DNA of 51,243 bases from NCBI GenBank assembly GCA_017960765.1, contig JAGCYQ010000060.1:1-51243 (forward strand), in the 5' to 3' direction. The notes beneath the pieces were generated by a model. That model had not been told where the DNA came from. It saw only the letters and a list, made by a program, of their open reading frames with translations, and did not search any database. Both the position numbers and the translations under genes were made by a program. This DNA comes from Treponema sp. (GTDB lineage: Bacteria > Spirochaetota > Spirochaetia > Treponematales > Treponemataceae). The first letter of the stretch is position 1; every line of letters begins with the position of its first letter. Below, in pieces: positions 9,843 through 19,530 of this stretch.

Positions 9843-10973
9843 ATGTCTGTGGATTTTGAGCAAATATATTCAGCCAGAATAAAGAAAGTCAGTGAGTATC
9901 TTGAAAAAAACAATATCGCCATCGCGGTGTTCCATGACAGCGAGGACTTCAGGGATCTAAACCTGCGTTACCTTTCAGGCCACCCGAGCGATGCAGTTTT
10001 ATTCGTTACCAAAAGCGGAAAGGCAATCCTAAGCCCGTGGGATGAGAACCTTGCAAGACAAAAGGCCCATTGCTCAGAGATGATTCCATTTACAGAATTC
10101 AAGCGTGATTATGTTGAATGTGTAAAATCAATTGCGGAAAAAATCGCTCCATCAGAAAAAATCATAGAGCTTCCACCATCAACTTCCTTTATTGAATACG
10201 GCCAGTTCAGGGATGCCCTAGATTCATGGAAAGTTGAATGCAGGGAAAACTCCGTTCACGAATATGTGTCAAGCCTGAGGGCTCAGAAAGATGCGTATGA
10301 GATTGAATGCACAAGAAAGGCATGCGACATTACAAGCGCAATGACGGATAAAATCGAAGGCCTTTTACGCGGCGGTGAGCTTAAGACAGAAAGCGATGTT
10401 GCATTGTTCATAGAAAAAGAACTCAGGATTCAAGGATGCGAGAGGACAAGCTTTGACACACTGGCGGCAGGTCCTTCAAGAAGTTTCGGAATACATGCAT
10501 TTCCAGGCTATACTTCAGGCTCATGGGGAACTCAGGGGCTTTCAATTCTTGATTACGGTGTATGCTACGAGGGCTATGCAAGTGACTGCACGATTACTGT
10601 CGCACGCGGACCTTTAAGCAAGGAGCAGGAACTTATCCTATCTCTTGTTCAGAAAGCGGCTGACTCCTGCATCAACTTCTACAAGGCGGGAACACCGATA
10701 CACGATGCAGTTAAATGCGCGGATGATATATTTGCTGAATACGGAAAATCTATGCCACACGGTCTTGGACACGGCACAGGCCTTGCAATACACGAGAACC
10801 CTTTTATAAGCACAAGGGCAAAACCTGATGAAGTTTTTAAGGCTGGAAATATAGTTACGCTGGAACCCGGATTATATGATCCAGAGTGGGGAGGCTGTCG
10901 TCTGGAGAACGATGTGCTCATCACGGAGACAGGCAACATCGTCCTCACAAACTCAAGGATTATTCGTCTTTAA
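9843..10973 (+). CDS. Xaa-Pro aminopeptidase/dipeptidase (M24B)
   Basis: DYG...YASDCTIT, HGLGHGTGLAIHENP, TLEPGLY, GCRLENDV. Confidence 0.92.
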   Translation: MSVDFEQIYSARIKKVSEYLEKNNIAIAVFHDSEDFRDLNLRYLSGHPSDAVLFVTKSGKAILSPWDENLARQKAHCSEMIPFTEFKRDYVECVKSIAEKIAPSEKIIELPPSTSFIEYGQFRDALDSWKVECRENSVHEYVSSLRAQKDAYEIECTRKACDITSAMTDKIEGLLRGGELKTESDVALFIEKELRIQGCERTSFDTLAAGPSRSFGIHAFPGYTSGSWGTQGLSILDYGVCYEGYASDCTITVARGPLSKEQELILSLVQKAADSCINFYKAGTPIHDAVKCADDIFAEYGKSMPHGLGHGTGLAIHENPFISTRAKPDEVFKAGNIVTLEPGLYDPEWGGCRLENDVLITETGNIVLTNSRIIRL

Positions 10974-13900
10974 GAATCTTTATTGCACCATCCATCTGAT
11001 CCTGCAGTGAATGTGCAAGCTTTCTGTCTGGCAGTGATGCAAGATATGACTTCATGTCATTCAAGACATCTGCTGTCTGGCTCAGGCTTACGTTATCCAG
11101 AGGCTCATCCTGAAGATTCAGGCTGTCACGGACGTTCTGTGCTGTCTGCAATAATCCCGGCTCTCCTGAAAGCTTACGTATAATGTAGTCAAGCAAGAGG
11201 CTCTCACGGCTGTCCTGGAATTCCTGCTTCTTGTCAACAGGAAGATATTCGCTCAAGGCACGCAGCTTAATGAACAGGTCAGCAGATAGTTTTGACTCTT
11301 CTTCTGTTTCTTCTGTCTCTGCAACCGTATCAGCAACTGATACAGTTTCTTCTGCGGTTTCTATCTCATCGTTTGCGGCAAATCCCTCAGCCTGTGAAAT
11401 CTCATCGATCTCATCAATAACTGTAGTTTCTGCGGCAAGTGCATCATCAAGCTCGCTGGACTCTACCTCAGGAACATCCTCGTCTATTACAGTCTCTACG
11501 GAAGGAACTTCTTCCTCTACTTCGACTGACTCATTCTCAAAGTCAGGCATGTCATCATCAAGACCTGGCTCCTCTGAAGATTCAGTAAGATCTTCTGCAG
11601 ATTCCTCTGTTTCCTCATATTCAAGCTGCTCAACATCTTCTGAATCAGATTCAACTGTCTCGGGTACAAATTCAACATCATCTTCCTGTGACTCATCCTC
11701 ATCAAGCAGGCCCTCGTCCTCAATCTGAATGTCATCCAGATCAGTGGATCCTGCCTCATCCTGAATGCCCTCAGAGACAAAGTCAAAATCATCCTCTTTG
11801 CTTTCCTCGCTGATACTGTCACCGAAAATATCCGCATCATCATCGCTAAGGCTTTCCCTAAGATCCTGATCCTGTCCAAGGTCAAGGTCATCAAGGCCAT
11901 CCTCAAATGAAGGAGTTGCATCGCTAAACTCAGGTTCCTGTGATTCAAGTTCCTCAGGAGCTGCCTCGGTCATAACCGGCTCGCCTGAAACAGGTCTTGC
12001 ACTTCCTTGAGCTGGAGCCGGACTGTCAAAATCAGAAGCCGGAGCAAAATCAGATGCCAAAGCATCGGAAGGCATATCACCAAACGCTGGTGAATCTGAA
12101 GATGCAGGTGTACCAGAAGACGCAACAGGTTCATCGGAGAAAGGAGAAATGTCAGAAGCTGGTCCGTATCCACCGGCAGGATAGTCCGCTGGTTTTGAAG
12201 CAGGTGCATTTGCTGGTGAAGGATTCTGTGGAACAGGAACTGTTCCGTCGGTAACTGGAGTTACTGCATCATTCTTGTTTTTCTTTGTTCCCTCAATATC
12301 TTCATCAAGGAAATTGTCTTCCATCAGGTCTTCTACAGTAGCATTGCGCGGTGCCTGTTTACCGAAGGGATTTCCGTCAAAGAAATTATCTTCCAGGTCC
12401 TCGTCTTCTTTTTCTGAGCGTGGAACAAGGTTGTCAAGCTCACCGTTCTTGCTCTTGCTTGCAAAAATATCATCATCAAGATGGCGGTCAAACGGAGATC
12501 CACCAGAGCTGTCCTCGTGCGTAAGTTTCTCGAATGTATATCCGCGGTCTCCCCAGTTCATCTTGTTCTTTGCATCAGAGATGTGTTCCTGATCCATCGG
12601 CTCAAATTCAATTACCGGCTCAATGTTGTCGTCAATCTCCGGTGCCTCGGTGACATCTTCCTCAACAAGACTTCTTTCAAGACCAAGCTCTTCCTGCATT
12701 GAAGTCTCAAGGGCATCAAAGTCAATGTCCTGATCCCTCTTCTCTATTCCGTCAAGCTCCATCTGTTTCTGCAGACGTTCCTGGGCCTTGTCATAGATTG
12801 ATTCCATGCCGAAGAAGTCAGATATTTTCTTGTACTGATACAGGGCCTTCTCATACTGCTTTGTCTCCTCATAGCACTTTGCAAGAAGATAAAGAGTCTC
12901 TGAATCGAATTCCTTTTCTTTAAGATAAACTTCCAGATTCTTGATTGCCCTGTCGTATTTCTTAAGCTGAAGATAGCGTTTTGCGTAATCCTTGAAATAA
13001 TCAATGTATTCGGCATCAAGTCTGCGGCTTTTCTTCAAGCATCCCTCTGCCTTGCTTTCTTCTCCACGCAGGATATAATATTGTGCAAGAAGACTGAGCA
13101 TCTGTACGTCATCGCTGTCCCTGTCCCAGAGTTCCTTTACAGGACCTGCAGCCTCATGAAGCTTGCCTGATCCCATCATTACCGATGCCCTTACCTTGAG
13201 CATGTCGGAATCATCATGTTTTACTTCGCTGTAACGAGCAAGGATTTTCAATGCCTCAGCATGATTTCCGTGCAGGTCATATACACATGAAAGAGCAGAC
13301 AAGGCATGAACGCTTGCGGGGTTGCACTTCAAGGCGGAGTTGTATTCCATCTCAGCGCTGTCAAAATCAGTAATCAGGGCATAGATGTCTCCGAGCTTGG
13401 CATGCATTTCTGCATCCTGTGGATTAAGCCTCAATGCCTGATTGATAAGCTCAAGTGCTGCGGTGATGTCATTCTTGCGGACAAGAAGATCTACATAACC
13501 GTCTGTTGCATCACGCCAACCCGGTTTTGAACGCAAAGCGGCCTCGTACTCGTTTACTGCAAGATCAAGGCTTCCTACTTTCTCGTAGCACTGTGCAAGA
13601 TTCAAGTGAAGGATAGGATGGTTCGGGTCTACCTTGAGTCCCCTCTGATATGAGGAGATTGATTTATCGTATTCACGCTCGGCGGCATAGATGGCCCCAA
13701 GGTGGTTATATGCAAGAACGTCGTTTGGGTTTTCTTCAACAACTGTGTTGAAGCACTGGATTGCGCTCTCGTTTTTTCCCATCAGCTTGTATGTAAAGCC
13801 AAGGTTATAGAATGTCTGGACGTTTGATTCGTCAACAATTACGGCCTTCTCAAGAACTGCGATTGACTCGTCATACCTTTTGAGGCGGCGGTAGATTGAG

Positions 13901-14151
13901 CCAAGGTTGTTCAGGGCCACAACATCATTCGGGTTTGCCTGTACAATCTGATTGTAAAGCGGAATGGCCTGAGAGTCGTTTCCTGAACGCTGATACAGAT
14001 CGCCCAAAGCTGAAAGAAGCTCCTTGTTGGTAGGATCCTCCTTGAGCAGGTTTTTGTAAAGTCGTGCTGCTAAAGTAAAATCACGGGACAACACTGCCGA
14101 CCTTGCCCTGTCCATCATTAACCTGTTTGCTGTACTCATTGCTTCGTTCAT
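10960..14151 (-). CDS. TPR protein with very long acidic low-complexity region and small C-terminal helical domain
   Basis: About 12 TPR motifs in the first ~450 aa (ALNNLGSIY, FYNLGFTY, AYNHLGAIY), then ~500 aa rich in D/E/S/P. Confidence 0.88.
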   Translation of the reverse strand: MNEAMSTANRLMMDRARSAVLSRDFTLAARLYKNLLKEDPTNKELLSALGDLYQRSGNDSQAIPLYNQIVQANPNDVVALNNLGSIYRRLKRYDESIAVLEKAVIVDESNVQTFYNLGFTYKLMGKNESAIQCFNTVVEENPNDVLAYNHLGAIYAAEREYDKSISSYQRGLKVDPNHPILHLNLAQCYEKVGSLDLAVNEYEAALRSKPGWRDATDGYVDLLVRKNDITAALELINQALRLNPQDAEMHAKLGDIYALITDFDSAEMEYNSALKCNPASVHALSALSCVYDLHGNHAEALKILARYSEVKHDDSDMLKVRASVMMGSGKLHEAAGPVKELWDRDSDDVQMLSLLAQYYILRGEESKAEGCLKKSRRLDAEYIDYFKDYAKRYLQLKKYDRAIKNLEVYLKEKEFDSETLYLLAKCYEETKQYEKALYQYKKISDFFGMESIYDKAQERLQKQMELDGIEKRDQDIDFDALETSMQEELGLERSLVEEDVTEAPEIDDNIEPVIEFEPMDQEHISDAKNKMNWGDRGYTFEKLTHEDSSGGSPFDRHLDDDIFASKSKNGELDNLVPRSEKEDEDLEDNFFDGNPFGKQAPRNATVEDLMEDNFLDEDIEGTKKNKNDAVTPVTDGTVPVPQNPSPANAPASKPADYPAGGYGPASDISPFSDEPVASSGTPASSDSPAFGDMPSDALASDFAPASDFDSPAPAQGSARPVSGEPVMTEAAPEELESQEPEFSDATPSFEDGLDDLDLGQDQDLRESLSDDDADIFGDSISEESKEDDFDFVSEGIQDEAGSTDLDDIQIEDEGLLDEDESQEDDVEFVPETVESDSEDVEQLEYEETEESAEDLTESSEEPGLDDDMPDFENESVEVEEEVPSVETVIDEDVPEVESSELDDALAAETTVIDEIDEISQAEGFAANDEIETAEETVSVADTVAETEETEEESKLSADLFIKLRALSEYLPVDKKQEFQDSRESLLLDYIIRKLSGEPGLLQTAQNVRDSLNLQDEPLDNVSLSQTADVLNDMKSYLASLPDRKLAHSLQDQMDGAIKILKDE

Positions 14152-14184
14152 ATCATCCTCTCTTACTGTCTGCTGCTCTATTTT

Positions 14185-15672
14185 TTATTTGCGGAGCGGC
14201 CTTGCGTAAACTTCTTTTGAAAGACTTCCGACAATCCGTTCATCTTGATTTGAATACGTTGCCACTGCAAAATAATATATTTTTCCGTTCTTTAATCCGC
14301 TAATCGTAACCTTTGCCGTATTACCAACATTCACAGGAGAGGTCCCCTGCACTGCCTCACGGCCAAGATATTCACCTGGACGCTCACCGTAATACACGTA
14401 ATATCCGCCTGCGCTGTCATCCACGGAATAGCTCCATGTAAGCGTAACCTGACCGTTTCCCGGCTCTGCAATCAATGTAAACGGCGGTAATGGAGCTGAT
14501 GCCGCTGTGTAATGCAGGTCCAGCTGGGTCACTGAAGGAGTCTTGGAACCGTTTCCGTCCGTGTACAGGTCAACTGCCACCTGGAAATACTTGCCCTTTA
14601 CGTTCTCGATCTGCTGGTGGTTTGCAACAGGAACCCATGCCGGCTCCGTATCTGTCCAGTTAAAGTAATTGTCTCCCGCACGTGCATAAAGAACAACATC
14701 AGTCTGTGCTGGCTCTGTCGTGATTGCGTCAATTTTCTGGAGAACTGAGCTGAGGCCTACAAGAATAGGCTCCGTGACAAAACGTCCTCCGTCCTTCTTG
14801 TATGAATCGTAGCGGAGTGCCGTACTTGAAGCGCTTTCTGCCTTTCTCTGGATGTGGAAGTCATCGATGCGTCCCGTATATGAAGGGCAAATCTCTATGT
14901 CAGCAGGAACTCCGAGAATGGGGGAATAAATGTAGCCTCCCATCTCCTTGCCGTTTGTAGTCACGTATTTCATGTCCTCAAGCTTACCGTCTATGCGGTA
15001 TTCAAGGAGACCTGAATCCTGGTCATAGCTGATTGAGTGATGAGTCCATACGTTAGGAATCATTGTTTTATAGCTTGCAAGCTCTATAAGCCCGCCGTTC
15101 TGCCTGTAATCCTGGAATACGTTGGTAAAGCGCCACTGAAGGTGATTGTTGTAGAAACCTGCGGAAATCATCTGGTAGAGCGGATAATTGTCCTCTGTTC
15201 TTGAGGATCTCCATGAGAAAACCATCTCACCGTTCTCTGCAATCGAAGGACAAAGCCAGAATTCAATAAGGAAAGACCCCGTGCTTCCTGTAGAGCCGAA
15301 AAGAGAACCGTTTGCACCGGACAGCCTTATTCCACCCTTGCCACGGCTTAATCCCGCACCCTTACCCATCTTTGAGGAAGTTGAGTTAAGGAGCTTGTTT
15401 TCCTCGACTGTGTAGTTTCCGGTCTGATCGATTACAAGCTTTTCCTCAAAATCAAGAAGAAGATCAGAAGTATCCTCTGCTACCCTCTTGTTGGTATCGA
15501 GCACAATGCTTTCGTAGCCATAACGCCCCGTACCGTATACGACCCCGTCCATTTTTTGGATTTTTGACCAGCCTTTTTTTCCGCCTAAAGTAATGACAGA
15601 TTCCTCGGCAAAAATCATGCCTGCTGTCAGTAGACAAAATGTCGCAAAAAAAAGTATTCTTTTAGTATGCAT
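14185..15672 (-). CDS. Exported LamG/concanavalin-A-like plus fibronectin type III protein
   Basis: Signal peptide (...GMIFA|EE); FLIEFW, WTHHSISYD, YTGRIDDFHI (LamG); VTLTW...ISGLKNGKIYYFAV (FN3). Confidence 0.8.
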   Translation of the reverse strand: MHTKRILFFATFCLLTAGMIFAEESVITLGGKKGWSKIQKMDGVVYGTGRYGYESIVLDTNKRVAEDTSDLLLDFEEKLVIDQTGNYTVEENKLLNSTSSKMGKGAGLSRGKGGIRLSGANGSLFGSTGSTGSFLIEFWLCPSIAENGEMVFSWRSSRTEDNYPLYQMISAGFYNNHLQWRFTNVFQDYRQNGGLIELASYKTMIPNVWTHHSISYDQDSGLLEYRIDGKLEDMKYVTTNGKEMGGYIYSPILGVPADIEICPSYTGRIDDFHIQRKAESASSTALRYDSYKKDGGRFVTEPILVGLSSVLQKIDAITTEPAQTDVVLYARAGDNYFNWTDTEPAWVPVANHQQIENVKGKYFQVAVDLYTDGNGSKTPSVTQLDLHYTAASAPLPPFTLIAEPGNGQVTLTWSYSVDDSAGGYYVYYGERPGEYLGREAVQGTSPVNVGNTAKVTISGLKNGKIYYFAVATYSNQDERIVGSLSKEVYARPLRK

Positions 15673-17712
15673 GTATCAGACCACCCGTTCGATTCATCTA
15701 TACAAATTTCTCGTTCACAGCCTGAGCAAGAAACGCCCCCGCTAAGCCGCAGGGAAATTCTGCATCAGACAGCCCTAAAAGCACCCGGTCAAAGCGGAGT
15801 TTACCTCTGGCGCAATGAAGCCGGAACCATAATCTATGTAGGCAAGGCAAAAAACCTCAAGAACCGCCTTACGTCCTATTTTAGTGGAAAGAAGGACATA
15901 AAGACAAGGCTTCTGGTTGGCAATGCCCACAGCATAGAATATATTACAACAAATAACGAATACGAAGCTTTCCTCTTGGAAAACAACCTGATAAAACAGC
16001 ACACGCCGAAATACAACATAGACCTGAAGGACGGCAAATCTTATCCTGTCCTTAGAATCACAAAAGAAGAATACCCCAGGCTTTTTAAGACCAGACGCAT
16101 AGTTCAGGATGGCTCCAGGTATTTCGGTCCCTTTCCAGATGCCACCGCGCTTGATACATTCATAGAGACGCTCTACGAGATATATCCCATACGGCATTGC
16201 AAGCAATTCAGGAAAAAGGCTACTCCCTGCATGTATTATCATATAGGAAGATGTCTGGCACCCTGCTGCAAAGAGGTCGCCCAATCCACCTATACTGAAT
16301 TTATCGAAGAAATCTCCAGCTTACTTGAGAATAAAGGAGAGGAAACCGCCAAAAAACTGGAATCCGACATGAAGAAAGCCGCCGCTGCCCTGAATTTCGA
16401 GAAAGCCGCAAGACTAAGGGACGGACTCAAGGCCCTGACTGTACTGCAGAACCAGAACAGCGTAGAAGGTTTTGACGGAGACGACAGGGATTATATCGCA
16501 AGCTGGAGCGAGGGTGAGCTGATCAGTTTTACAGTCCTCAAGATCCGTGGAGGAAAGCTTCTGGGACGTGACAATTACCAGGCCGTTACGCTTAACGAGG
16601 AGGATGAGGTCCTTGGTGAGTTCATGGCATCATATTACACCGAGAAGGAAGACCTGCCACCGCATATCTATGTCCAGACACAGGAAAGCATGGAAATCAT
16701 GCAACGATGGCTCAACGAAAGCTATGGCCCTGTATGTGACATCGTAAGCATCAGTCAGGACATGCAGAAGTTTCCGCTGCACAATGCCGCAATCACAATG
16801 GCACGACAGAACGCACACGAGGACATAATCCGCCGCACAAGGGAAAGGGGTGACTTCCCTGCTATGGAGGAATTAAAGAGGGTTCTTGGACTTCCTGCCC
16901 TGCCCGCCAGAATCGAAGGCTTTGACATCGCCCATATCGGTGGAAAATTCCCTGTGGCATCTCTCATCAGCTTTTACAACGGCAACCCGGACAAAAAGAA
17001 TTACCGCTATTTCCGCCTGAAGACTACGGACGGCTACATAGATGATTTCCAGTCAATGAGGGAAGCGGTCTCAAGGCGCTATTCCAGACTGTTGAACGAG
17101 GAAAAGCCTCTGCCTGACCTGCTTTTGATAGACGGTGGTATCGGACAGGTAAATGCAGTTGACGGAGTGCTGAAGGCCCTTGGAATTGACATACCTATAG
17201 CGGGACTTGCCAAGAGAGACGAGGAGATATGGAGGCCCCATGCCTCAAAGCCGATATGCCTTCCAAAAAGAAGCGAGGGACTCAGGCTGTTGCAGAGGGT
17301 ACGTGATGAGACCCACCGTTTTGCGACAAAGAACAACCAGAACCTGCGCACAAAGGAAAACACAGTATCACCGTTCATAAAGCTGCCTGGAGTAGGAAAG
17401 GAAAAGGACAAGCTCCTGATGAAAAAATACGGAACCCTGAAGGCACTTGTTGAAGCACCGGAATCCGAGATTGCACAATTGCTCCACATGAGGGCAGACA
17501 TGGCCACATCCCTGATTCTTGCCGCAAGAGTTGAGCTTGAGAAACAGGAAGAGAGAAAAGAGAAGCAGATGGACTCACTTGTAGAGGCTGGAACCACATG
17601 GCAGAAGGCCGCACGCTCAAAGCAGACAGCAAACCTGGCCGCCCTTGCACTCCAGGACGATGATGACGACGGAACACTCATGGTTGCATCCCCGGACGAT
17701 CTTGGTAAATAA
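15667..17712 (+). CDS. uvrC: Excinuclease ABC subunit C
   Basis: GVYLW...IIYVGKAKNLKNRL (GIY-YIG), FEKAARLRD (UVR), RIEGFDIAH, LIDGGIGQ, RDETHRFA, HhH LPGVG. Confidence 0.97.
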   Translation: MHVSDHPFDSSIQISRSQPEQETPPLSRREILHQTALKAPGQSGVYLWRNEAGTIIYVGKAKNLKNRLTSYFSGKKDIKTRLLVGNAHSIEYITTNNEYEAFLLENNLIKQHTPKYNIDLKDGKSYPVLRITKEEYPRLFKTRRIVQDGSRYFGPFPDATALDTFIETLYEIYPIRHCKQFRKKATPCMYYHIGRCLAPCCKEVAQSTYTEFIEEISSLLENKGEETAKKLESDMKKAAAALNFEKAARLRDGLKALTVLQNQNSVEGFDGDDRDYIASWSEGELISFTVLKIRGGKLLGRDNYQAVTLNEEDEVLGEFMASYYTEKEDLPPHIYVQTQESMEIMQRWLNESYGPVCDIVSISQDMQKFPLHNAAITMARQNAHEDIIRRTRERGDFPAMEELKRVLGLPALPARIEGFDIAHIGGKFPVASLISFYNGNPDKKNYRYFRLKTTDGYIDDFQSMREAVSRRYSRLLNEEKPLPDLLLIDGGIGQVNAVDGVLKALGIDIPIAGLAKRDEEIWRPHASKPICLPKRSEGLRLLQRVRDETHRFATKNNQNLRTKENTVSPFIKLPGVGKEKDKLLMKKYGTLKALVEAPESEIAQLLHMRADMATSLILAARVELEKQEERKEKQMDSLVEAGTTWQKAARSKQTANLAALALQDDDDDGTLMVASPDDLGK

Positions 17713-17720
17713 TTGAGCAG

Positions 17721-17755
17721 AAAAAAACAACCGGACCTGTGACACAGATCCGGTT
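17721..17755 (-). terminator. Rho-independent terminator after htrA (may be bidirectional)
   Basis: Minus strand AACCGGATCTGT-GTC-ACAGGTCCGGTT-G-TTTTTTT. Confidence 0.8.
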
Positions 17756-17861
17756 ATAAAAAAGGAGTTTCTATGAAATTTCACGCAACGATTTGCTTAA
17801 TCATTCATCTATAAACTAAACTCTCCTACTCCCAAAAGGTTACAAAGTTTTTCTAAAATAA

Positions 17862-19343
17862 CTATTTATCCAGCTTGTAATGACCGGTGCTGATTGTGTG
17901 GCCTCCGGAATGTACGTCAAACCAGACTTCCTTCTTTGAGTTAGTGTTAAGAGCCGCATAGAACTCCTCAACTGTGGAGACCGGTGTATCGTTTACAGCC
18001 GTAATTACATCTCCGTTCTGAAGCCTCAATGCAGCCGCAGGAGATTTTTCCTGAACATTTGTCACAACCACACCCTTTACCTTGTCTGAGATCTTCTGCT
18101 GCTTGCGGATATTGTCACTCAGAGGAACTGCCATGAATCCAGGCCACAGCTTGCTTCCGTCAGAGGCAATCTCGTCAGATCTCTCATCCATCTTTATCTT
18201 AAGGTCAACCTTTGAGGAACCGCGCATTACAGTGATTGTAGTGGTCTGACCTGCTGGAATGTTTCCTACATCGCGGACAAGCTGGTTAACATCCTTTACG
18301 TCCTTTCCGTTTAGGGCAACAATAAAGTCACCGGCCTGGAGTCCACCCTTCATTGCAGGAGAATCAAGGAACACCTCAGATGCAAGGGCACCGTTTGCCT
18401 TTCCTACACCAAGGGCATCCTTGTATTCCTGGGTTACGTCAGACAGGCTTACACCGAGCCAACCGTATGAGACCTTTCCCTTGGTGAGGAACTGGTCGAT
18501 ATCGGTCTTGATGTTGTTGATCGGGATAGAGAAACCAAGTCCCTGGCTTCCACCTGACTGTGATGCGATCCATGTGTTGATTCCGATGACCTCACCGTAG
18601 ATGTTTACAAGAGGACCACCTGAGTTACCCTGGTTGATTGCGGCATCTGTCTGGATAAAGTCGCTGATAGAGCCTATCTCACCGCCGCTGCGTCCTGTTG
18701 CAGAGACAATTCCCTGGGTCACGGATGCAAAATATCCAAGAGGGCTTCCAAGTGCAAGAACAATGTCACCCTGCTGGACCTCATCGCTGTCACCAAGGGC
18801 TGCCACGGTAATTGTGGTGTCATCGCTCTTGAATGAGACAAGGGCAATGTCGATTCTGGAATCTGCACCAACAAGAGTACCTTCAAATTCACGCTCGTCG
18901 TTCAGCTTTATCTTGATTGAGGAAGAGTTCTCGGTTACATGGTTGTTTGTAAGGACATAGATTGTGTCACCTGTACGGCGGACAATTACACCGCTACCAA
19001 GGGCAGATGACTCATACTCACGTGTACCGTCCTCATCTCCAAAGCCCGGCATGTTAAAGAAGAAAGGCAGATCCTTGAAAGGATTATAGCTCTGAGTTTT
19101 TGTCTTTGTGGTAACATCCACCTCAACAACCGCAGGAAGCACCTGGGAGCTTATTGAGCGGAATGACTGCTGCAAAGCCTGGGTAATCTCAAGACCGTCA
19201 CTCGGCAGGGATTTAGCAGGATTTGTCTGTGCATAGACGACATTGGCTGAACCATTGCTTGCACGGCAGGAAAGGGCCAGAACACCCACAGACACAGCGG
19301 CAACGGCTGCCACTGCAATAATTGTTTTACCTATAGTTTTCAT
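17862..19343 (-). CDS. htrA: HtrA/DegP (Do) family serine protease with two PDZ domains, possible lipoprotein
   Basis: GSGVI, TNNHV, DIAL, QTDAAINQGNSGGPL, two PDZ domains; N-terminal LALSC; SD GGAGG. Confidence 0.95.
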   Translation of the reverse strand: MKTIGKTIIAVAAVAAVSVGVLALSCRASNGSANVVYAQTNPAKSLPSDGLEITQALQQSFRSISSQVLPAVVEVDVTTKTKTQSYNPFKDLPFFFNMPGFGDEDGTREYESSALGSGVIVRRTGDTIYVLTNNHVTENSSSIKIKLNDEREFEGTLVGADSRIDIALVSFKSDDTTITVAALGDSDEVQQGDIVLALGSPLGYFASVTQGIVSATGRSGGEIGSISDFIQTDAAINQGNSGGPLVNIYGEVIGINTWIASQSGGSQGLGFSIPINNIKTDIDQFLTKGKVSYGWLGVSLSDVTQEYKDALGVGKANGALASEVFLDSPAMKGGLQAGDFIVALNGKDVKDVNQLVRDVGNIPAGQTTTITVMRGSSKVDLKIKMDERSDEIASDGSKLWPGFMAVPLSDNIRKQQKISDKVKGVVVTNVQEKSPAAALRLQNGDVITAVNDTPVSTVEEFYAALNTNSKKEVWFDVHSGGHTISTGHYKLDK

Positions 19344-19440
19344 AATCTAAACCTCCATAGATACAATTTATACGTTTAAGAAAACATTCAAATCGAATTG
19401 TAAAACACACGGCAACAATACCGTGGTATTTACATCTAAG

Positions 19441-19469
19441 AATATACTGAATTTTTCAAAAAATGTGAA
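19441..19469 (-). promoter_or_regulatory. Candidate htrA promoter
   Basis: TTCACA-17-TATATT. Confidence 0.4.
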
Positions 19470-19530
19470 ATCTTTTTGGCTTGAAAAAACTGTTATAAGC
19501 CATAAAAACTTGTTATATAAAAAAATATGG

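Noticed and set aside
15647-15653. Homopolymer tracts (A/T 7-9 nt) as phase-variation sites
   Set aside because: They are short, common in AT-rich DNA and not associated with frameshifts
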